Assembly: GCA_963710375.1 (NCBI GenBank)
Contig: CAVPZX010000005.1
Location: 256,001 to 320,000 of the forward strand
Reading direction: 5' to 3'
Length of the DNA stretch: 64,000 bases
From: Nitrospirota bacterium
GTDB taxonomy: Bacteria; Nitrospirota; Thermodesulfovibrionia; Thermodesulfovibrionales; Dissulfurispiraceae
Shown: in pieces, positions 1 through 9,822 of the stretch
How the letters are laid out: every line of letters begins with the position of its first letter
How positions within the stretch are numbered: the stretch's first letter is position 1
Notes under the pieces: model-generated
Database searches by the model: none
What the model saw: the letters and a program-made list of their open reading frames with translations, nothing else
Told to the model about the DNA's origin: nothing
Made by a program: the position numbers and the translations under genes

Positions 1-186
1 TTCCGCAATGCAGGTGACTACAGGTATGAATATGACATTAAAGAAGCATTGCAGGCTGCAGGGTTTGAGATTGTACTGTCGGAGAAAATAGCTGCGACGT
101 GGGACCCGAAGATTAATTTGCTGGGAGAAATGCCGTGGGGAATAATAGTCTGTAGAAAACGACCAAATAAATTTAACTCTGCGTGA
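1..186 (+). CDS. 3' end of a gene truncated by the window edge (possibly a SAM-dependent methyltransferase)
   Basis: Open frame 1 reads FRNAGDYRYEYDIKEALQAAGFEIVLSEKI...IIVCRKRPNKFNSA, stop TGA at 184-186. The 'L..AGFEIV' and 'IVCRK' ending is typical of methyltransferase C-termini. Confidence 0.45.
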   Translation, partial: FRNAGDYRYEYDIKEALQAAGFEIVLSEKIAATWDPKINLLGEMPWGIIVCRKRPNKFNSA

Positions 187-230
187 AATCCGCCAGTACC
201 GTGAGAATCAATTAAACAAAGGAGTAGAAT

Positions 231-1238
231 ATGTCTAACGCAACTGAAGCAGCATTGATAAAGAAACTTACAAAACCGGGACAGTCGCCGGATGAATACC
301 TTTCCGGCATTTTAGGCTCCGGTTATGACGAGTACCGAACGCTGTGGGCAAATGCCGGCAAGGGTGATATCGGTGATTTTCCGCTGCAACTGGATTTTCA
401 ATTGAATAACAGGTGTAACTATCGTTGTCCTATATGTTATTGGAGCAACCCGGAACAGTTACAGGACTCGCTTGAGCCGCCGACAGAATTCCCGTTTGCG
501 GAATTCTGTAGGATCGTCACTCAGGGTATGCAAAGTGGATATCTAAAGGTTATAAATTTTGAAGGTTTGAATGAGCCTCTGCTTAAAAAAGACTTGCCGG
601 ATTATATATCGTTCGCTAAAAAAGCTGGAGTTATCGATTTGACGCTCCACACGAATGGATTGCTTTTAGATGATGAATGGTCCAAAAGGCTGATACAATC
701 AGGGTTGACACGCTTGATGGTTTCTATTGACGCCTTCAGCCAGGAAACCTATTATAAGGTCCGTGGTTCAAGAAAATATACAGCTGTTTTGAAAAATATA
801 CTCAATTTTTTGAAGCTGCGCAAAGAGATGAACGCTGTGCTGCCGATATTGAGGGTAAGTTTTGTTTTTCAACCCGTGAATAAGCATGAGGTGGACGATT
901 TCAGGGAATATTGGGAACAATATGCCGATTATATTCTCATACAACCATTAATTGATATGACCAGCCTTGTCCATGACGATGACTATAAAAATGTTGAAGG
1001 CGAGTTCTGTTCTCAGCCATTTTACAGGATGTCAATAAAAGCGAACGGCGATGTCTTCCCCTGCTGCTGCTCGATCGGGCATGTTCAACTGTCAGACGGC
1101 GGAAATGTTTTCAGAGAGGACATTTCACAACTATGGAGGCGGGAATCATTCGAAAGAATTCGCCGCTTAATGAAGGCCGGACGTTATTATGAAATACCTG
1201 CTTGCAAAATCTGCCTGGACCACGTCTTCTTCTATTAA
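231..1238 (+). CDS. Radical SAM protein with SPASM/twitch domain
   Basis: CxxxCxxC motif (CNYRCPIC), GLNEPLL, HTNG and C-terminal CSQPF...FPCC...CKIC; GGAG RBS upstream. Confidence 0.9.
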   Translation: MSNATEAALIKKLTKPGQSPDEYLSGILGSGYDEYRTLWANAGKGDIGDFPLQLDFQLNNRCNYRCPICYWSNPEQLQDSLEPPTEFPFAEFCRIVTQGMQSGYLKVINFEGLNEPLLKKDLPDYISFAKKAGVIDLTLHTNGLLLDDEWSKRLIQSGLTRLMVSIDAFSQETYYKVRGSRKYTAVLKNILNFLKLRKEMNAVLPILRVSFVFQPVNKHEVDDFREYWEQYADYILIQPLIDMTSLVHDDDYKNVEGEFCSQPFYRMSIKANGDVFPCCCSIGHVQLSDGGNVFREDISQLWRRESFERIRRLMKAGRYYEIPACKICLDHVFFY

Positions 1239-1292
1239 GCGCTTGTCCGAAATGAAATGCCGCAATTTTTGATCATTGCGGAAAAATAATTT

Positions 1293-3140
1293 ATGAGCAG
1301 TAATCCACTTGTAATATTTTCCGATCCGGCCCATGCGCGGACTATTGCCTCCAGTTACCGGCCTGAAGAGGCGCTTTACATGGCATTTTCAGTGCAGGCC
1401 AAAATGGAGCTTGAGCGAATGGGGTATCCCTGTCTCTTTCCCGACGATCTTGTAGAGCTTCCGGATTTCAACCTGATGGGCCATGAAAATGAAGAGAGGG
1501 TGAGAAAGATATGCTCTTCCCTTGATGAGATATTGAGAGAGAGGATTCCTTTTCTCGGGCAAAATTCGATAAACATAATATCAGCGGTCTTTTATTACGT
1601 AAAGGTCTTTTTCGATGGCGCGTTGTCATCCTATTATGTGATGAAGCGTGTGTTGGACCATCTTGATGACAGGCCTGTAGTGGTATTTAAGACCTTTGCC
1701 GGGACCAGCAGAATGGTTTCAGGCAGGTCTGATATAGCGCTCACGCTGATCGAACAGGTTTTTGCTCCCGAATACAAAAACATCGCTGTCATCACATCAG
1801 GCAAGTCCGGACATTTAAAAGAAGCTGCGGGCCGCCTGAAGGAATTGGCCAGGGATGTCCGTACCCTTGCCTGCGCTCTTGCTGCAAACGGTCAGGCTGA
1901 AAAGCCTTCATGCATTGTCCTTTATGATAGTTACGACGTCAGGGACATCATAGATGTTATGGATGGCATTAATTTTCACACATTCCACACGCTTGACTTT
2001 AAAGCGTTCAGGGTATTTATCGCACCGCAGAACAAAGGCAAGGTCCGGTTGAGAATTCTGCATAGCGATGGGTATGAATACAAAGCGGCTGTAGGCGAGG
2101 CTTTCAGGAAAGCGGCTGAGAGTCAATCGTATCGACTGCTTTTGGGCGATAACGACAAGCTTTGCAGTTTCGTGAATATGTGCCTGGAGTCTTTTTTTGT
2201 CGAAAAGCTGGGTGAGTACCTCATGCTTGGTGACTATATAAAGGAGACTATACGGGAGCTTGGTCCGAAAATGGTGCTATCTTCTTCATGCAGATTGACA
2301 TTCGAGTGGGCATTTGTCCTTGAGATCGCACGTTCCCTATGCATCCCGGTGGTGGCCTACCAGGAAGGCGGCGGAGCGGGCTATGAGGATTGGCCGGTTG
2401 TCGGCACTGACACAAGGTTGGCCGATTACTTCCTCGTTTACGGCAACGGCGTTAAGGAAAGCCCCTTTATTGAGAAAAACTGCGCCCAGGTGGTGCCGAT
2501 AGGTTCCCTGCACCTTGAGCGAACAAAATCCAGGCTGAAGCATTTGACGCCGCCTAAAGCATCAATATACGTAATTGTGGACAATATAAGTACCGGCATA
2601 CACCAGCATTATCCGTACAATGGCGGTTTTTTTTGTCAGGCATTCAGGCGACAGCGAATGATTTTGGATATCTTGAAACAATTTAAGGACATGTCTTTTG
2701 TGATAAAGACGATAAGGGGCCGTGAATGGCTTTACGCCGGATACGCGGACGGCAAAAGGGTGCGAGTGGACACCAGACCTCTTTCCTCTATTCTGGACGA
2801 AGCGAGCGCTTTTGTCCTGCAACGTACTTCAACGGTACTGCTGGAGTGTCTATTGACAGACAGGCCGATCGCCCTGCTTTATGACGGTGAGGACGTTAAA
2901 TTTGCGCCTGATGCACACGAACTGTTGAGTCGAAGAGTACGTATGAGTTCAAATCCCGGGGAGTTCCCTGAAACGATCCGGGCTTTGACAAACGATATCA
3001 AATATGGCTCCTCAATGACCGAACATACTGAGTTTAGGGACGCATATTGTCTTGTTGAAAACACGGCCGATAGGCTGAAAAACTTTTTCGACGGGCTTAT
3101 AAGTAAGGGATCTGTCTTCCCCGGACCGGCATACGGATGA
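1293..3140 (+). CDS. Surface-carbohydrate biosynthesis protein, probable GT-B fold transferase
   Basis: 615 aa ORF; C-terminal half has YQEGG, FLVYG, PIGS and STVLLECL motifs like capsule/sialyltransferase-like GT-B proteins; operon context. Confidence 0.55.
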   Translation: MSSNPLVIFSDPAHARTIASSYRPEEALYMAFSVQAKMELERMGYPCLFPDDLVELPDFNLMGHENEERVRKICSSLDEILRERIPFLGQNSINIISAVFYYVKVFFDGALSSYYVMKRVLDHLDDRPVVVFKTFAGTSRMVSGRSDIALTLIEQVFAPEYKNIAVITSGKSGHLKEAAGRLKELARDVRTLACALAANGQAEKPSCIVLYDSYDVRDIIDVMDGINFHTFHTLDFKAFRVFIAPQNKGKVRLRILHSDGYEYKAAVGEAFRKAAESQSYRLLLGDNDKLCSFVNMCLESFFVEKLGEYLMLGDYIKETIRELGPKMVLSSSCRLTFEWAFVLEIARSLCIPVVAYQEGGGAGYEDWPVVGTDTRLADYFLVYGNGVKESPFIEKNCAQVVPIGSLHLERTKSRLKHLTPPKASIYVIVDNISTGIHQHYPYNGGFFCQAFRRQRMILDILKQFKDMSFVIKTIRGREWLYAGYADGKRVRVDTRPLSSILDEASAFVLQRTSTVLLECLLTDRPIALLYDGEDVKFAPDAHELLSRRVRMSSNPGEFPETIRALTNDIKYGSSMTEHTEFRDAYCLVENTADRLKNFFDGLISKGSVFPGPAYG

Positions 3141-3218
3141 CGGGCATCAAGAAACCCTTCCAAAACAATATAGAAACACCATAACGAGGTTAAAAGACCG
3201 GAAAGTGCTGGAGGAAAT

Positions 3219-3983
3219 GTGAAAAAGAAGTCACTTAAAAGCAGGTTGTCTGCCGGTGAGTTAACGGTAGGGTCATGGATAACCCTGGGCCACTCTTCCA
3301 TAGCGGAAATAATGGCTAAAACAGGCTTTGACTGGCTTACAGTTGATATGGAGCATTCAGCCATTACGATGCATGAGGCTCAACAGTTGATTCAGGTGAT
3401 CGACTTATGCGGCGTCGTTCCTCTTGTCCGTGTGGGAGAAAACAATCCTACTCTTATAAAACGAGCTATGGATGCAGGCGCTCACGGTGTTATTGTCCCC
3501 ATGGTCAATTCAAAAGATGATGCAATCAAGGCAGTGAAATCTGTAAAGTATCCTCCCATAGGCACACGGGGTGTCGGCCTTGGGCGTGCGCAGGGCTATG
3601 GCTTCGAATTCGAAAGATACAGAGACTGGGTCAATACGCATAGTATTGTCGTAGTCCAAATTGAACACATCGAAGCAGTTAATAATCTTGAGGATATCCT
3701 TAATGTTGAGGGTGTAGATGCTTCAATAGTCGGTCCTTATGACCTTTCGGGCTCGATGGGAAGACCGGGCGAATTTGACCATCCGGATGTTGAGGCTGCA
3801 ATAAAGCGTTACGAAGCAGTTTGCAGGAAAATGAAAAAGGCGATGGGTTTCCATATTGTGAAGCCGGATATAGAAAAATCGCTTATATACAGAGACAGAG
3901 GATATGTTTTTTTAGCGGTTGGGCTCGATACATTATACCTCGGTGAGAATTGTTTAAAAATTGTGGAATCACTTAAGAAGTAA
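3219..3983 (+). CDS. HpcH/HpaI family 2-keto-3-deoxy acid aldolase
   Basis: GFDWLTVDMEH, KRAMDAGAHGVIVPMV, YPPIGTRGVG, QIEH, VGPYDLSGSMG motifs; GGAGG RBS. Confidence 0.92.
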   Translation: MKKKSLKSRLSAGELTVGSWITLGHSSIAEIMAKTGFDWLTVDMEHSAITMHEAQQLIQVIDLCGVVPLVRVGENNPTLIKRAMDAGAHGVIVPMVNSKDDAIKAVKSVKYPPIGTRGVGLGRAQGYGFEFERYRDWVNTHSIVVVQIEHIEAVNNLEDILNVEGVDASIVGPYDLSGSMGRPGEFDHPDVEAAIKRYEAVCRKMKKAMGFHIVKPDIEKSLIYRDRGYVFLAVGLDTLYLGENCLKIVESLKK

Positions 3984-3995
3984 AGGAGTTTATGG

Positions 3996-4763
3996 ATGAA
4001 CGTTATTGGTATTATTCCAGCCCGTATGGCCTCAAGCAGGTTTCCAGGCAAGCCCCTGAAAAAAATTCAAGGGATACCAATGGTAGGGCATGTTTATTAC
4101 AGGAGCAAAATGTGCGAGGCTTTAGGCGAGGTTTACGTTGCAACTTGTGATGACGAGATTGCAGAGTATGTCAGGTCAATTGGAGGACGGGCTGTGATGA
4201 CGGCTGATACTCACGAAAGAGCATCTGACAGGGCGGCAGAAGCAATGTTAAAAGTAGAGGGTGAAACAGGGCAAAGGGCCGATATTGTAGTGATGATTCA
4301 GGGCGATGAACCGATGCTCTATCCCGAGATGATAGAAGAGGCTGTTAAACCGATGATGGAAGATGAGGGTCTGCAGATTGTGAATCTTATGTCATCCCTT
4401 AAATCAAGACAGGAGCATGATGACCCCAATGAGGTTAAAGTGGTTGTTGATTTGAACAATTTTGCACTCTACTTCTCAAGAGAGCCGATTCCATCCTGGA
4501 AAAAAGGCGCAGATAATGTGCCTATGCTGAAGCAGGTATGCATAATGCCGTTCAGACGTGATTTCCTGCTGAAATTCAATCAGCTGGCGCCTACTCCGCT
4601 CGAAATTATTGAATCTGTAGATATGTTAAGAGTGCTTGAGCATGGATACAAAGTGAAAATGGTTATCACGGGCAGGGAGACATACAGCGTGGATACGATA
4701 GCGGACCTGCAGCGGGTAGAGGGGCTTATGGCAAGCGATAAGCTGATTGCACAATACAAATAA
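3996..4763 (+). CDS. kdsB: 3-deoxy-manno-octulosonate cytidylyltransferase family (CMP-ulosonic acid synthetase)
   Basis: IIPARMASSRFPGKPL, IQGDEP, VKVV, LYFSREPIP, LEIIESVDMLRVLEHG motifs. Confidence 0.88.
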   Translation: MNVIGIIPARMASSRFPGKPLKKIQGIPMVGHVYYRSKMCEALGEVYVATCDDEIAEYVRSIGGRAVMTADTHERASDRAAEAMLKVEGETGQRADIVVMIQGDEPMLYPEMIEEAVKPMMEDEGLQIVNLMSSLKSRQEHDDPNEVKVVVDLNNFALYFSREPIPSWKKGADNVPMLKQVCIMPFRRDFLLKFNQLAPTPLEIIESVDMLRVLEHGYKVKMVITGRETYSVDTIADLQRVEGLMASDKLIAQYK

Positions 4764-4782
4764 AGGATATCCGATAGAATAC

Positions 4783-5730
4783 ATGAAACGTGCGCTGGTG
4801 ACTGGTGGAGCGGGTTTTATCGGCTCTCATCTGGCAGTAAGGCTTCTGGAAGGAGGATGGCAGGTCCGTGTTGTGGATAACCTGTCTACCGGTTTCAAGA
4901 GCAATATCCCGTCAGGCGCTGAATTTACTCTTGTAGACCTTTCCAAAGATGATTTTGTAAAGGGTCTTCCTCATGGAAAATTTGATGCAGTTTTTCATCT
5001 TGCGGCACAGTCGTCAGGTGAAATATCCTTTGATGATCCCGCATATGATCTGAAGACAAATTGCTTAAGTACCCTTTTGCTGCTGGACTGGTGCTATAAG
5101 GAAGGCATAAGCCGGTTTGTGTACACGAGTTCCATGTCCGTTTATGGTGACCAGGAGATACAGCCGGTGAAAGAGAATGCGCTTCCTGTTCCGAAGTCCT
5201 TTTACGGCACTGGAAAGCTCGCTTCCGAGTGTTATGTGAATATCTATTCTCAAATGGGACTAAATACCACCTCACTTAGACTGTTTAATGTATATGGCCC
5301 GGGACAAAATATGGGTAATCTCAGGCAGGGGATGGTGAGTATATATATGGCATATATATTAAAGGGTGAGGAACTCATTGTTAAAGGTTCCCCGGACCGT
5401 TACAGGGATTTTGTTTATATAGACGATGTAATTGATGCTTACATGAATTGCATTGAGGACCACAGGACTTTCGGGAATACTTATAACATTGCTACAGGCG
5501 TGAAGACATGTGTTAAAGAACTTGTTGATGGAGAGCTGGAGGTGTTCGGATATGATCCATTAAAGTATCCTGTAAAATACAGCGGATCAACTCCCGGGGA
5601 TACTTTTGGGATATATGCTGATGTTTCCTCTATCAACAGAGATATGGGATGGGGCTCAAGGGTCCCTCTGTCAGAAGGGTTGAAGAAGATGGCCGCCTGG
5701 GCGCGAGCCGGCCTCGGAAAGTCTATATGA
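4783..5730 (+). CDS. NAD-dependent epimerase/dehydratase
   Basis: VTGGAGFIGSH, FHLAAQ, YxxxK (YGTGK), RLFNVYGPGQ, RDFVYIDDV; start placed at ATG 4783. Confidence 0.92.
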   Translation: MKRALVTGGAGFIGSHLAVRLLEGGWQVRVVDNLSTGFKSNIPSGAEFTLVDLSKDDFVKGLPHGKFDAVFHLAAQSSGEISFDDPAYDLKTNCLSTLLLLDWCYKEGISRFVYTSSMSVYGDQEIQPVKENALPVPKSFYGTGKLASECYVNIYSQMGLNTTSLRLFNVYGPGQNMGNLRQGMVSIYMAYILKGEELIVKGSPDRYRDFVYIDDVIDAYMNCIEDHRTFGNTYNIATGVKTCVKELVDGELEVFGYDPLKYPVKYSGSTPGDTFGIYADVSSINRDMGWGSRVPLSEGLKKMAAWARAGLGKSI

Positions 5731-6563
5731 GTATACGTAAAAAAGTGTTCGACGGCATTGTTGATGCGGTGATAAGACTCTGCCGTTTTGACAAGGCAAA
5801 CGTGGTGTCGTGTGGTATTTCAGAAAAGATCGAGCCGATTTTTTGTGTCACTCACCGGAACATTAAATATTTTCTGAGCTGTCCTAATAATTTGACCAGG
5901 TGGAGAGCGGAGACTTATTTTACAAAAGAGCCGGAGACGATCGAATGGATAGATACTTTTCAGAGAGGGGATGTCCTGTTTGATATCGGCGCCAATATAG
6001 GGCTGTATTCGATCTATGCTGCGAAGAAAAACGTAAAGGTGATTGCCTTCGAACCGGAATCCCAGAACTATGCATTGATCAATAAAAACGTCTACCTGAA
6101 CAATTGTGAGGACCAGGTAATGGTCATTAACATCGCATTATCGGATACGGATTGCCTCGACTATCTTAATATCCCCAGTTTCCAGGCTGGAAGCGCAATA
6201 AATTGTTTTAAAGATACAATCGATTGGAACAGTGAAAGCTTCATTCCCAGCTTCAAGCAGGGGATTCTTTCTTTCTCACTAGATTCTTTTTTACTGAAGT
6301 ATCCGGTAGATTTCCCCACGCATATAAAGATTGACGTTGATGGAATTGAACCAAAGATCATAAGGGGGGCGCAATCCACATTGAGCAACAAGAAACTGAA
6401 GTCGCTGTCGATAGAAATTAATGAGGCATTGCCGGAGCACCTTGAAATTCTGGACAACATCAAATCTCATGGGTTTGGGCTTATCAGTAAGAGACACGCA
6501 GATATGTTCGAGGGTGGGCGATATGCAAAATGCTTTAATTATCTGTTTGTCAGGGATAAGTAA
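5727..6563 (+). CDS. FkbM family methyltransferase
   Basis: FDIGANIGLYS, AFEPE, HIKIDVDGIE; ATGA overlap with the previous gene. Confidence 0.9.
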   Translation: MSIRKKVFDGIVDAVIRLCRFDKANVVSCGISEKIEPIFCVTHRNIKYFLSCPNNLTRWRAETYFTKEPETIEWIDTFQRGDVLFDIGANIGLYSIYAAKKNVKVIAFEPESQNYALINKNVYLNNCEDQVMVINIALSDTDCLDYLNIPSFQAGSAINCFKDTIDWNSESFIPSFKQGILSFSLDSFLLKYPVDFPTHIKIDVDGIEPKIIRGAQSTLSNKKLKSLSIEINEALPEHLEILDNIKSHGFGLISKRHADMFEGGRYAKCFNYLFVRDK

Positions 6564-6608
6564 AAAATATCCTAATAAATCTTTGAAACTCAGAGCGAAA
6601 GAAATATA

Positions 6609-8153
6609 ATGAGAGTTCTGCTTTTTTATCCGAATCTTTACGGCATGAATACGTTGCCGCCTGCTATGGGACTGTTTACCGCTCTGCTGAAGGACGAGCG
6701 GCATGAGGTGAGGCTTTTTGATACCACCGTATATGAGGGTCTCTATGGGTCTATTGATACAGATAAGCAGAAATCGGAGAATTTAAATGCCCGGCCCTAC
6801 GATGACTCAATCCTGAAGCGGCATGCGAGAAATAGTTCTGCGGAGGAGGATTTCAAGAGGATGATAGGGCAATTTAAACCTGATCTAATAGCAATGTCGG
6901 CCACTGAGGATATGTATCCAAATGGAATAAATCTGCTCACATCATTGGATGAAGATCGTCCCCTCGTAGTTGCCGGAGGTGTATTCCCTACTTTTGCTCC
7001 GGAGCTGGCGTTCAAATACTCAAACGGAACAGTAGACATGGTTTTAAGGGGAGAGGGGGAAGAGACGCTGCCTGAATTATGCAGAAGACTTGAGTCCGGA
7101 GGGGATATTTCTAACGTCAACGGCATTTGCTTGCAAAAGGAGGGGACCCTGATAAAGAACAGACTCCCTCGTCCTGTAGAGATTAATGATCATCCTTTGC
7201 CTGATTATAGCCTTTTTGAAGAAAGCCGTTTTTACAGGCCTATGCAGGGCAAGCTGCGCAGAATGCTGCCTGTATTGACAATTAGAGGGTGTCCCTTTTC
7301 ATGCGGGTACTGCAATTCCCCTGCACAGAAGGAAATATACAAAAGAGAGGGCCATAGCTTTTTAAGAAAGAAAAGAATTGCCATGATTCATAAAGAGCTG
7401 AAACATTGCCTTGAAGTTTATAAGGCAGACTCGTTTTATTTTTGGGCAGATACTTTTCTGGCCTGGACTGATACGGAATTTAACGAATTCTGCGAGATGT
7501 ATTCTGATTTCCGACTCCCATTTTGGATACAGACGAGACCTGAGACAGTTACGGAATACCGATTTCAGAGGCTCAAAGAGATAGGGCTTTTAAGGGTTGC
7601 ATTTGGGATAGAACATGGTAATGAGGAATTCAGAAAAAAAGTTTTATCCAGAAAGGTCTCAAATGATATGATTATTCGGAATCTAAAGATAGTAACAGAT
7701 ATGGGAATACCTGTCAGTGTAAATAACATAATGGGTTTTCCCACAGAAACCAGGGAACTGGTATTCGATACGATAGAGTTGAACAGGCAGATAAAATCAG
7801 ACGGTATAAATGCATATGCGTATACCCCATTCCATGGCACTCCTTTAAGAAAGATGTCTGAGGCTTTAGGTTATGTTGAGAAAGGATCGCTGGCCCGATG
7901 CATAAGCAATCCGACGATGATTTCAATGCCGCATTTTCCAAAAGAGGCAATAGAAGGGATAAGGCGCTGTTTTGTTTTATATGCGAAAATGCCTAAGCGT
8001 AGATGGAAGGACATCGGGAAGGCAGAAAAACTTACCCCGGAGGGTGATACTATCTGGCGTGAGTTAAAAGATGAATGCTTGCAGAAATACATGAATTACG
8101 GCGATTATGAAAAGAATGATGATGTAGACAAAATCGACAATGAAAAGAAATAA
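6609..8153 (+). CDS. B12-binding domain radical SAM protein
   Basis: N-terminal cobalamin-binding region (AGGVFPT, GEGEETL), RGCPFSCGYC, FGIEHG, GFPTET. Confidence 0.9.
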   Translation: MRVLLFYPNLYGMNTLPPAMGLFTALLKDERHEVRLFDTTVYEGLYGSIDTDKQKSENLNARPYDDSILKRHARNSSAEEDFKRMIGQFKPDLIAMSATEDMYPNGINLLTSLDEDRPLVVAGGVFPTFAPELAFKYSNGTVDMVLRGEGEETLPELCRRLESGGDISNVNGICLQKEGTLIKNRLPRPVEINDHPLPDYSLFEESRFYRPMQGKLRRMLPVLTIRGCPFSCGYCNSPAQKEIYKREGHSFLRKKRIAMIHKELKHCLEVYKADSFYFWADTFLAWTDTEFNEFCEMYSDFRLPFWIQTRPETVTEYRFQRLKEIGLLRVAFGIEHGNEEFRKKVLSRKVSNDMIIRNLKIVTDMGIPVSVNNIMGFPTETRELVFDTIELNRQIKSDGINAYAYTPFHGTPLRKMSEALGYVEKGSLARCISNPTMISMPHFPKEAIEGIRRCFVLYAKMPKRRWKDIGKAEKLTPEGDTIWRELKDECLQKYMNYGDYEKNDDVDKIDNEKK

Positions 8154-8199
8154 TAGAAATGCATGCGAAATATATAGTTCCCCTTGGCCCTAACTGAAT

Positions 8200-8814
8200 A
8201 TGGATAATTCAATTGGATATTGTGCCGTTATATCTGACAAAGCCAGGGTGGTCCGCTCTATATTGAAAGATTACTCGAGGGTTAAAGATTTTGCAGAGGT
8301 GATAGATTGTGAACTTGGGGAATACAGTTATGTAGCACAATATTCTATGACAAACAAAAGCATTATTGGAAAGTTCTGTTCAATTGCACACGGAACGTAC
8401 GTCGGATTATGGGAGCACAATACTAATGTATCAACTCATTCGTTCTACCTTTACGAGACGAGCGGTAATTTTGTTAAAGGGTATAAGAACTACGATAAAG
8501 ACTCTATTCTGACTACTATAGAGAATGACGTATGGATAGGAGCAAACTCCGTGGTTTTAAAGGGCGTGACAGTTCATAGCGGAGCAATAATCGGTGCGGG
8601 CTCTGTAGTGACAAAGGATATTCCTGCGTATGCAATAGCTGCTGGAAATCCTGCAAAGGTCATAAAATATCGATTTGAAAAGGATGATATAGACTTTCTT
8701 TTGAAACTAAAATGGTGGAATCTGCCAAGACCTGAGCTTCAGGAGCTTGTAGATGAAGAGCTTTTTTATTCTTTTGATAAATTCAAGAGATATTTCGAGG
8801 GGAGGCAGCATTGA
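8200..8814 (+). CDS. Hexapeptide-repeat O-acetyltransferase (CatB/Vat-like family), probably acting on sugars
   Basis: [53 protein letters not shown]. Confidence 0.85.
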   Translation: MDNSIGYCAVISDKARVVRSILKDYSRVKDFAEVIDCELGEYSYVAQYSMTNKSIIGKFCSIAHGTYVGLWEHNTNVSTHSFYLYETSGNFVKGYKNYDKDSILTTIENDVWIGANSVVLKGVTVHSGAIIGAGSVVTKDIPAYAIAAGNPAKVIKYRFEKDDIDFLLKLKWWNLPRPELQELVDEELFYSFDKFKRYFEGRQH

Positions 8815-9731
8815 AAGTTGTAGTTTTTGGAGGTTCCGGCTTTCTCGGAAGTCATGTTGCGGACGCGCTTTCTGAAGCCGGGCACGATGTTACTATATAT
8901 GACTTGATACCATCACCATACTTAAGGGAGTCGCAGACTATGGTTGTTGGTAGTATCCTGGATGATCAGAAAGTAAGTGAAGCTCTCGAAGGCTGTGATG
9001 CAGCATATAATTTTGCAGGTATTGCCGACCTTAATGAAGCAATCCGAAGGCCCCTGGATTGCGTGAAAGCTAATATACTTGGGAATGCAATTATATTAGA
9101 GGCCTCACGCATGGCTGGAATCAAACGTTTTGTCTTTGCAAGCTCCCTTTACGTTTACAGCAAAGCAGGCTCTTTTTACAGAAGCACAAAGCAGGCATGT
9201 GAGCTGATCATTGAGAACTATAATGAAATTTTTAATATACCTTATACAATACTGCGATATGGATCTCTCTATGGGCCGAGGGCAGATGAGAAGAACTTTA
9301 TTTATAGAATACTTCGACAGGCTTTCAAAGATGGTAAGATCATAAGAGAGGGAGATGGAGAGGAAATACGGGAATATATCCATGTCCTTGATGCAGCCAG
9401 AAACAGTGTAGCAGTGCTTTCAGAGGAGTTCAAGAATCAGTATGTAATCATAACCGGCAATCAGCAGATGAAGATGAAGGACCTGCTGATTATGGTAAAT
9501 GAAATGCTCGATAATAAAATAACGATAGAATATACTCCACCAAAGGAGCATAACCTGCATTATGAGATCACGCCGTATACTTTTGCTCCTAAATTAGCTA
9601 AGAGAATCGTCAGTAATACGTATCTTGATCTTGGACAGGGCATTCTTGAATGCATCCATAATACTTACAGAGAGATTAATCATCCTACTACATGCGACGA
9701 CCTTGTCGTAAAACAAAAACTTTCTGAATAA
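8811..9731 (+). CDS. NAD-dependent epimerase/dehydratase
   Basis: [34 protein letters not shown]. Confidence 0.9.
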   Translation: MKVVVFGGSGFLGSHVADALSEAGHDVTIYDLIPSPYLRESQTMVVGSILDDQKVSEALEGCDAAYNFAGIADLNEAIRRPLDCVKANILGNAIILEASRMAGIKRFVFASSLYVYSKAGSFYRSTKQACELIIENYNEIFNIPYTILRYGSLYGPRADEKNFIYRILRQAFKDGKIIREGDGEEIREYIHVLDAARNSVAVLSEEFKNQYVIITGNQQMKMKDLLIMVNEMLDNKITIEYTPPKEHNLHYEITPYTFAPKLAKRIVSNTYLDLGQGILECIHNTYREINHPTTCDDLVVKQKLSE

Positions 9732-9822
9732 GAGGTTTATAACCAGCCTCCCAAAGATTTATGTCCAGTGTGATCGCCCTCCATTGCGGCGTTTGCTGAC
9801 GAAGGGAAAATCTTAAAAGCTC

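Noticed and set aside
8200..8814. Antibiotic-resistance acetyltransferase (catB/vat)
   Set aside because: Family motifs only; its position in a sugar-biosynthesis operon favours glycan O-acetylation.
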